Shown here: in pieces, positions 33,971-40,351 of the stretch
Layout: every line of letters starts with the position of its first letter
Numbering within the stretch: position 1 is the stretch's first letter
NCBI GenBank assembly: GCA_022842805.1
Contig: JALHOX010000001.1
Coordinates: 406 to 47,160, forward strand
Length of the DNA: 46,755 nt
Direction of reading: 5' to 3'
DNA from: Phycisphaerae bacterium
Lineage (GTDB): Bacteria; Planctomycetota; Phycisphaerae; UBA1845; Fen-1342
The notes under the pieces: generated by a model
Seen by the model: the letters and a program-made list of their open reading frames with translations, nothing else
Told to the model about the DNA's origin: nothing
Databases searched by the model: none
Translations under genes and position numbers: made by a program

Positions 33971-34521
33971 GCGTCAGCCGATCCCATCTTCATCACCGGG
34001 CCATCGTAACCCGCCCCGCGCAGTGCGTCGGTCAGCGTCGCGGCGATCGCCGCTGCGTCCGGCTCGATCAGGCACACCACCAGACGATAATCCAGCCGAC
34101 GAATGGCGGTGGCCGCAGCCGCTGTTGCCGACGAGTCGCCGTTCGCCGACAAGCGCAACGCCCAGCCAAACGATGGCGAATTCACGCGGTCGATCAGTTC
34201 GAGCACCGCGTCGAGCCCGGCCGACGCGAGCAGGCCCGGCGCCTCGATGCCGATCCGCACACAGGCCGCCTCCGCCGCAAAGCGCGCCGCCATTCCGAGG
34301 GCGTAAAGGCGATCCAGCGTTTCGCGCGGCGAAACGTCGCTCCGCGATGAATCGACGATCTGAATCACGATGGGGCAAGCGTCGCCGGCCGGCGCAGACT
34401 CGATCGCCGACTGCAGCGCAGCGGGCAGCGGCCCCCGGCGCGTCGTCAGCGCGGGCAGCTCGGCGCTGCTGAGCCGCAGCGCGCGAATCGGAGCAGCGCC
34501 TTGAATTGCGTCGACGTTCAT
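33967..34521 (-). CDS. hypothetical protein (184 aa), translationally coupled to the methyltransferase gene
   Basis: Start moved to ATG 34521 (MNVDAIQGAAP...). Its stop overlaps the downstream start (ATGA at 33967-33970). High third-position G/C. No confident domain. Confidence 0.5.
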   Translation of the reverse strand: MNVDAIQGAAPIRALRLSSAELPALTTRRGPLPAALQSAIESAPAGDACPIVIQIVDSSRSDVSPRETLDRLYALGMAARFAAEAACVRIGIEAPGLLASAGLDAVLELIDRVNSPSFGWALRLSANGDSSATAAAATAIRRLDYRLVVCLIEPDAAAIAATLTDALRGAGYDGPVMKMGSADA

Positions 34522-34642
34522 CGTGCGGAGTGTAGGAGACGCCGAAGCGTAGCGTCTTTGCGCCGCGCCTCTGCCGGCTGAATTGCGCGTTACCTCACCG
34601 CACCCGCTTCTGCCCGCACGGGTCGACTTCAGCCCGACCCGG

Positions 34643-35665
34643 TCAACTGGGCAGGTGCGCCGCCGGGTCCGCGTACGTCGTCGGGCCGGCTCCCAGATTT
34701 TCGTTGCGAATGTCGACGACCGAGAGTCCCGGGGCGTGCTTCCGCGGAAAGTCCGCGCCGCCGATCGATTCCACATGGCCGACCGCGAGCGCCACCTGCG
34801 TCGACGCGATCCGAGCCCCGGCCCGCCGATGGCGATAGCCGATCCGCGAATCGCGATCTCCCGCCCGCGTCAACTCCTGATTCCCCGCATACAGCCCGTC
34901 CGCCAACGCGATCAGCCGCGCCGGCGTCTTGAAGCTCGACAGCCGGTTGGCCTCCAGCGTCTTCCCGGACGGATCAGGGCCATAGCCGACCGAACCGCTG
35001 AAGTGTCGCTGCGGCACAAACGCCCGCGGCGCGCCGATCGGGTTTTCGCTGTTGATCCAGTAGCCCACGCGAATCAGGCGATCGAAGCCGCGCTCAGGCA
35101 GCGCCCGTGCGAAGCCGCTGGAGAGCGTCAGCACGGCGGGCCAGTCCATGTAGCCGCGCGGGTTGCGCGGATCGACCCCGGTCTGTCCGTCGCGCATGCC
35201 CGCCAGCTCCAGCGTCCCCGGACAAACGAAGCTGTTGCGATCCAGCGTGTCGCCGCCGTCGGCGTAGCGCCCGCGCTGCAGGATCGGCCCCCAGCCATCC
35301 AGCGGATTGGCCGCGCCCAGCGCCGTCCCCCGCATGTTGTACGACGGCGCGACGCGGTCATTCTCGGCGGCGGCGTAGGCGTGAAACCCGGTAAGCAACC
35401 CACGCAGATTTGCAGCGCATGCCGTGCGTCGCGACGTCTCCCGCGCGCCTTGCAGCGCCGCCAAAAGAAGACCGGCGAGCAGGGCGATGATCGCGACGAC
35501 GATCAGCAATTCCAGAAGAGTAAAGGCCGAGTTTCGAGTTGCGGGATCGAAGTTTCGAGTTGCGAGTGCAGAGTGTCGAGTTGAAGAATGATCCCGATGC
35601 GCGTTTCTCAGGCGGCGCGCGGCATGCTGGTCTTCAACTCGAAACGCTGCACTCGACACGCGCAA
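34643..35665 (-). CDS. prepilin-type N-terminal methylation-domain protein, DUF1559/H-X9-DG-like pseudopilin
   Basis: AFTLLELLIVVAIIALLAGLLLAALQGARETSRRTACAANLRGL and C-terminal ...HRRAGARIASTQVALAVGHVES. There is no in-frame ATG upstream of the pilin motif. Only TTG 35665, GTG 35659 or a CTG are available. Confidence 0.8.
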   Translation of the reverse strand: MRVSSAAFRVEDQHAARRLRNAHRDHSSTRHSALATRNFDPATRNSAFTLLELLIVVAIIALLAGLLLAALQGARETSRRTACAANLRGLLTGFHAYAAAENDRVAPSYNMRGTALGAANPLDGWGPILQRGRYADGGDTLDRNSFVCPGTLELAGMRDGQTGVDPRNPRGYMDWPAVLTLSSGFARALPERGFDRLIRVGYWINSENPIGAPRAFVPQRHFSGSVGYGPDPSGKTLEANRLSSFKTPARLIALADGLYAGNQELTRAGDRDSRIGYRHRRAGARIASTQVALAVGHVESIGGADFPRKHAPGLSVVDIRNENLGAGPTTYADPAAHLPS

Positions 35666-35670
35666 CTCAC
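35530..35670. repeat. 21-nt periodic repeats (35530, 35551, 35572) plus a 23-bp imperfect inverted repeat (35564-35586 / 35632-35654)
   Basis: Plus-strand units: agtttcgagttgcg / agtttcgagttgcg / agtgtcgagttgaag. Arms gagtgcagagtgtcgagttgaag and cttcaactcgaaacgctgcactc are complementary at 21 of 23 positions. Confidence 0.85.
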
Positions 35671-37103
35671 CCGCCCGTGAGAATGGTCACAAACGTCCCA
35701 ATGTCGGAGACGGTGACAAAGCCATCGGCGTTCGTGTCGCAATTGCTGATCGGGCAGCGCGGCGTCGCAGCGACAAACGCCGCCGGGTCGAGTAGTGCGG
35801 CGACAAACCGGCCGATGTCCGCCACCGTCACGAAGCCGTCGCAGTTTGCATCGCCCGGAGCAAAGCTGCGCGGCGCCGCGTAGCGCAGCGCCCGCATGTT
35901 CTGCGTATCGAGAATCAGCAGCCGGCCGTTCGGCGAAAAGGCGGTCGCCGTCGGCTCAAAGAGCGACGACGCATCGCAGAAAAAAGGCCCCAGACCGCGG
36001 TTCACGTCGTCCAGCGCGAAGTTGCCGCCCTGGCCATAAACATCCCAAATCTGCGGCTGAAAGCGCGGCGCGGCGACGCGCAGGACGCGATGGTTGGCCG
36101 CGTCGGCGATCCAGAGATCGCCGCGCGCATCAAAGGCGAGATCGATCGGGTTGTGCAATCCGCCGTCGACCGACAGCGCGTCCGGTGCGTTCGATTGCAG
36201 GTCGGCCTGTCCAATGACGCCATCGGCCAGGCTGTCGCCGGTCGCAGCCGATTCAAAACGCAACACGCGATGATTGTTCCAGTCGGCGATAAAAAGATCG
36301 CCCGCCCCGTTTACCGCCAGGCCGATCGGGTTTCGCAGATTTCCCGCGCTCGCGCAACAGCCAAAGCCCCCCATGCCGTCGTTGTTTTCGGCCCGGCTGA
36401 CGAAGCTGTCGAACTGACCGAACACCTGCTGAGCGGCGGGCGTGTTCGCCGAAACATTTCGATAGCGCAGCACGCGGCTATTGCCCGAGTCGGAGACATA
36501 GACGTCCGCCCCCTGCGTCACCACCCGCCCCGGAAAGAGCAGGCTCGCGGCGCTCGGGGCATCCTTGCTGCCGGTCAGATTCGCCAGGCCGGATGTGAAG
36601 TCAAACTGGCCGATCACGAGGTCGGCGACCGCCGGCGTCGCATCGCTATCGGGATTGTTGAATCGCAGCACGCGATGATTGAACGCGTCGCAGACCCAGA
36701 GATCGCCCGTCTCGTCGACCCACAGCCCCTGCGGCAATGCGAGGCTGCCGGCGCTGATGCCGCCATTGTTAGGGGCGCTGGAGACGAAATCCGGCTGGCC
36801 GAACACGCGATCGGCCGCGTCGAGATTGGAAAAGCTCGCGGCGTCGGGCCAACTGAGCACGCGATGGTTGTCGGCGTCGCTGATATAGACCCGCCCGTTC
36901 GGCGCGATCGCCAAATCCGCCGCGTTGGAAAGCGCCAGCGACGACGCGCTCGGCGCACCCGACGGGAAATTAGAAACGTTCGTCGTCAGATTGGGCTGGC
37001 CCAGCGCCGCCAGCGCCGCGTCGGCTGTGGGGTCGGCCTGCCCCACCCCCACCAGCGAACCCGCCAAGGCCACCCGCGCCGCGCATGCTGCCCATTCGTT
37101 CAT
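35667..37103 (-). CDS. secreted six-bladed NHL-repeat beta-propeller protein with a C-terminal dockerin-like module
   Basis: Six units ending in (D/N)xxNHRVLR(F/Y), e.g. ISDADNHRVLSW, VCDAFNHRVLRF, IADWNNHRVLRF. N-terminal signal-like AARVALAGSLVGVGQA. Confidence 0.85.
   Translation of the reverse strand: MNEWAACAARVALAGSLVGVGQADPTADAALAALGQPNLTTNVSNFPSGAPSASSLALSNAADLAIAPNGRVYISDADNHRVLSWPDAASFSNLDAADRVFGQPDFVSSAPNNGGISAGSLALPQGLWVDETGDLWVCDAFNHRVLRFNNPDSDATPAVADLVIGQFDFTSGLANLTGSKDAPSAASLLFPGRVVTQGADVYVSDSGNSRVLRYRNVSANTPAAQQVFGQFDSFVSRAENNDGMGGFGCCASAGNLRNPIGLAVNGAGDLFIADWNNHRVLRFESAATGDSLADGVIGQADLQSNAPDALSVDGGLHNPIDLAFDARGDLWIADAANHRVLRVAAPRFQPQIWDVYGQGGNFALDDVNRGLGPFFCDASSLFEPTATAFSPNGRLLILDTQNMRALRYAAPRSFAPGDANCDGFVTVADIGRFVAALLDPAAFVAATPRCPISNCDTNADGFVTVSDIGTFVTILTGG
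35670..35855 (-). other. 62-aa dockerin-like module, copy 3
   Basis: GDANCDGFVTVADIGRFVAALLDPAAFVAATPRCPISNCDTNADGFVTVSDIGTFVTILTGG-stop. Confidence 0.8.
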
Positions 37104-37104
37104 C

Positions 37105-38061
37105 TCAGGCCGCCTCCGCCGTCAGAAGCTCCAGCGCTTGCCGATATCGTCGCCGCGTGTTTTCGATCACCTCCGGCGGCAGGGGCGGGGGCGGCGGGCG
37201 CTTGTCCCAATCGAGGGATTCCAGATATTCCCGCAGATACTGCTTGTCGAAGCTCGGCTGGGCGCGGCCGGGCCGGTAGTCGGCCTTGGGCCAGAAGCGC
37301 GACGAATCGGGCGTCAGCACCTCATCGACCAGCAACAACTGCCCATCACGCACCCCGAATTCAAACTTGGTGTCCGCGATGATCACACCGCGCGCTTCGC
37401 CCCACACGCGCGCCGCTTCGTAGATGTCCAGCGCGCGGCTGCGGGCCTGACCGATCCAGCGGCGACCATCGTCCGACGAATGGCCCAGCTTGTGCGCAAA
37501 CTCAATCGCGATCTGCTCCGCCCGCTCAAAGCCGATCGGCTCATCATGGCCCGCGACCGCCTTCGTGCTCGGCGTAAAGATCGGCCGCTCCAGCCGATCG
37601 CACTCAACCAGCCCGCGCGGCAGCTCCACCCCGCTGACGCGCCCGTCCGCGCGATACTCCTTCCATCCGCCCCCCGCCAGATACCCGCGCACCACGCACT
37701 CGATCGGCATCACCTCGGCCTGCTTCACCACCATCGCCCGCTGATCGAGCATCGCCGCGTAGCGTTGAAACTGCTCCGGGCAGTGCCCGCGCGTGACGAC
37801 ATACTCCAGATGGTGCGGACGACAGGCAGGCAGCGTGTTCAGCCAGAAGGCGCTGAGGGTGTTGAGGATGCGCCCCTTGTCCGGCACCGGGTCCTCCATC
37901 ACCACGTCGAACGCCGAAATGCGATCCGTCGCGACGATCAGCAGCCCGTCGGGCAGGTCGTAAATGTCGCGCACTTTGCCGCGCGTGCAGACCCCGGGCA
38001 TCTCAGTGCGCGAGATCGCATCGCTCGGCGCGATCGAGGACGAAATGGCGGGCGGCTTCAA
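37105..38061 (-). CDS. purC: phosphoribosylaminoimidazole-succinocarboxamide (SAICAR) synthase
   Basis: RGKVRDIYDLPDGLLIVATDRISAFDVVM, PDKGRILNTLSAFW, IIADTKFEFG. TTG start at 38061. Alternative ATG at 38001. Confidence 0.93.
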   Translation of the reverse strand: MKPPAISSSIAPSDAISRTEMPGVCTRGKVRDIYDLPDGLLIVATDRISAFDVVMEDPVPDKGRILNTLSAFWLNTLPACRPHHLEYVVTRGHCPEQFQRYAAMLDQRAMVVKQAEVMPIECVVRGYLAGGGWKEYRADGRVSGVELPRGLVECDRLERPIFTPSTKAVAGHDEPIGFERAEQIAIEFAHKLGHSSDDGRRWIGQARSRALDIYEAARVWGEARGVIIADTKFEFGVRDGQLLLVDEVLTPDSSRFWPKADYRPGRAQPSFDKQYLREYLESLDWDKRPPPPPLPPEVIENTRRRYRQALELLTAEAA

Positions 38062-39140
38062 GGGGCGTCTCCCAGCGGCGGCGGTTCACGAGCGGGCGCC
38101 GAGGCCGGCGAACGCGGACCGGCCGCTCCGCCGCGGTTCCAGATGGTCGGATCGCTGTCCAAGGGCGGAGAGCCGTCGCCGCTCTCCGGTTCCGATTCGG
38201 TGTCGGGCGCTTCGGCGGCGTCGCCTTTTTTCCGCGGCCCGTCGGTCAGTTCGCGGATCTCGTCCACCGTAGTCCGCCCACCCGCCGCGCCGCCCACCTG
38301 CGTCGCGAATCGTCCCAACTGGTCGCGGATCGAGATCAGTTTCGCCCGCTTTTCACGATCGTCGCTCAACGCCCGGTCCTGACGCAGCCGCGCACTGATC
38401 AGTCCGATCGCCGCCCGCGCGCCGCGCACCGCCGCCCCGGCCTCGCGCGATTTCGCCGGAAACTCGTCGGGCTTCGCGGCCCAGCTCCGCAGCGAGCGCC
38501 CCTCGTGAACCTGATCCAGAATTTCCTCATAGCGCGCTTCGAGCAACTGCCCCAGCTCGGCTGCTTCGTAGCGCGTCGCAAAACCCAGGTCGATCTTCCC
38601 CGTGTCGTCGTCACGCTGCGCCTGCTTCATCCGCAATTGCGCCATCAGCCGCGGCAGCGCCACGCCGCGCAGCGACTGACACAGCGCATCGAGCCGCTTC
38701 AGCAGCGACTCCGGCGCTCGCTGCGCCAGCCGCTGAAACGCCCGCAGCGCCGCCTCTTCGTCCTGATCGTCGAGCAGCTCAAACCCCTCGCGCATCATCT
38801 GCTCAAAGTAGGCATCCCGCGCAACCGGGCTCATCGATCGCGGCGGCTCCACCTTGCGCGCCGGCTTCGTCGCCGCCTTCGCGCCCGCCGCCCCTTCGCT
38901 CGCGGGCTGACTCGCCGCTTCCTCAGCGGCCCCGTCGCCGCGCTCGATGCGCCGAATCTGCGACCGCAAAAACTCGCGCGACAGGCTTCCCGCCTCGCCC
39001 AGCTCGATCCGAAAAATAACCGTGCGATCCCCCTCATCGATCACCCGTCCGCGCAGCACGGTGCCGTCGCGAAGCGTCAGCACATCCGCCTGCGCCAGCA
39101 ACGCGAAGCTCGCAATCAGCAACAGGCCGAGGCTGCGCAG
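38058..39140 (-). CDS. hypothetical secreted protein
   Basis: The track start is TTG 39122. An in-frame CTG at 39140 lies 5 nt after a perfect AAGGAGG and gives MRSLGLLLIASFALLAQA (signal peptide). The C-terminal tail is Pro/Glu/Ser-rich. The stop overlaps the purC start. Confidence 0.6.
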   Translation of the reverse strand: MRSLGLLLIASFALLAQADVLTLRDGTVLRGRVIDEGDRTVIFRIELGEAGSLSREFLRSQIRRIERGDGAAEEAASQPASEGAAGAKAATKPARKVEPPRSMSPVARDAYFEQMMREGFELLDDQDEEAALRAFQRLAQRAPESLLKRLDALCQSLRGVALPRLMAQLRMKQAQRDDDTGKIDLGFATRYEAAELGQLLEARYEEILDQVHEGRSLRSWAAKPDEFPAKSREAGAAVRGARAAIGLISARLRQDRALSDDREKRAKLISIRDQLGRFATQVGGAAGGRTTVDEIRELTDGPRKKGDAAEAPDTESEPESGDGSPPLDSDPTIWNRGGAAGPRSPASAPAREPPPLGDAP

Positions 39141-39307
39141 GACATCCTCCTTACAGCGCCGTCTCTCTGCTCAGAGCCGCGCCCGGGTGAAAGCCGTCTT
39201 CGGGGTCGCCGGAGCGCGCCTCCCGACCGAAGCGGCGCCGAGGCGGCCGGCGCGGAACCGACCGGCTGCCGCGCTCCGAAACACCGACTCCGCTAGCATT
39301 GTAGACG

Positions 39308-40351
39308 ATGGCGTCAGAAAGCGCGACTTCCGGGCACGTCCAGCCGCTCCAAGTAGGCCTCGCCACCACGGCGACCGACTGCCGCAGCGCGCTCGATGCG
39401 CTTGACCACTGCGCCGACATCGAATTGCGCGCCCTGTGCGGCGTCCCTCTCGAGGCCCCGCTGCCTCCCGGCGTTGAGCGTTTTGAATCGCCCCGCGACC
39501 TCGCCGCCCGGGCCAATATCTCCGCCCTGATCGTCGTCGCCGACCCGCGCTCTGGCGTCGAGGCCGCCCTCGCCGGCATCGCCGCCCGAAAACATGTCTA
39601 CCTTCACGGGACGCTCGGCCGAACCTTCGGCGAAGGGGCGGCCCTGGCCAAGGCGGCGGACGGCGGCCCGACGGTGTTGGCGGTCGAATCCTGGTGGGAG
39701 CGCATCCGCGAGCCGTTTCGCCGCGTCACACGCACCCTCGAAGATTTCAAGCCCAGCCTCATCAGCATCCGCGTCCGCGGCACGCCGCCCGAGCCGCGCG
39801 ACTGGCGCTACGACCCCGAGGCCGCGGCCGGCGGGGCGCTCGCCGTCCTTGCGCCCGGCTGGCTCGATGCACTGCTTTCGATGCGCCGCCTGCCGGAGAC
39901 GGTTTCGGCCGCCACCGGCCGTTTCCGCCGCGATTCGGCCGCCACTCCGCGCGAGAGCGAGGATCACGCCGTCGCACTGCTTCGCTGGAGCGCTGGGTTA
40001 AACGCGACGGTCGAAGTGGCCTGGGGCGGCGCCCATCCCGAAGGGCTGATGTTGCTCGAAAATGGGGAACTTCGCGTCGAGTTGAGCGACACAAGTGCAG
40101 CCCTGCGCCGCGCCGATGGGACCGCCATCGAAGAAATCGTCCTGCCGCGGGCCGGCCTGACCGATCAATTGGAGCTCTTCTCGCAGGCGATCTTCCGCGA
40201 CGAAGCCCGCGCCGCCGCACGCGGCGCCATCGACCGGAGTTTGGCGGTGCGTGCCTGTCTCGATTCAATCTACCTCTCCGCCCGCACCTCGCAGCCGGAG
40301 TCCCCGCGAAATCTCTACGCGGCCAACGGCTGGCCGGAGCCCCGGGCATGA
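39308..40351 (+). CDS. Gfo/Idh/MocA-like protein with degenerate cofactor and catalytic motifs
   Basis: Overall two-domain layout matches: ...ISALIVVADPRSGVEAALAGIAARKHVYLHGTLGRTF.... The N-terminal GxGxxG is absent (LQVGLATTA) and EKP is replaced by HGT. Confidence 0.55.
   Translation: MASESATSGHVQPLQVGLATTATDCRSALDALDHCADIELRALCGVPLEAPLPPGVERFESPRDLAARANISALIVVADPRSGVEAALAGIAARKHVYLHGTLGRTFGEGAALAKAADGGPTVLAVESWWERIREPFRRVTRTLEDFKPSLISIRVRGTPPEPRDWRYDPEAAAGGALAVLAPGWLDALLSMRRLPETVSAATGRFRRDSAATPRESEDHAVALLRWSAGLNATVEVAWGGAHPEGLMLLENGELRVELSDTSAALRRADGTAIEEIVLPRAGLTDQLELFSQAIFRDEARAAARGAIDRSLAVRACLDSIYLSARTSQPESPRNLYAANGWPEPRA

Noticed and set aside
34583-35584. Plus-strand ORF ending in KSKGRVSSCGIEVSSCECRVSS
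   Set aside because: It is the antisense reading of the pseudopilin gene and of its 21-nt leader repeats. The repetitive peptide is a by-product of the DNA repeat.
39694-40347. Upstream 218 codons of the 1170-aa track ORF 39694..43206
   Set aside because: Arg-rich, and it overlaps the better-supported Gfo/Idh/MocA-like gene in another frame. ATG 40348 gives a lipoprotein signal and an ATGA coupling.
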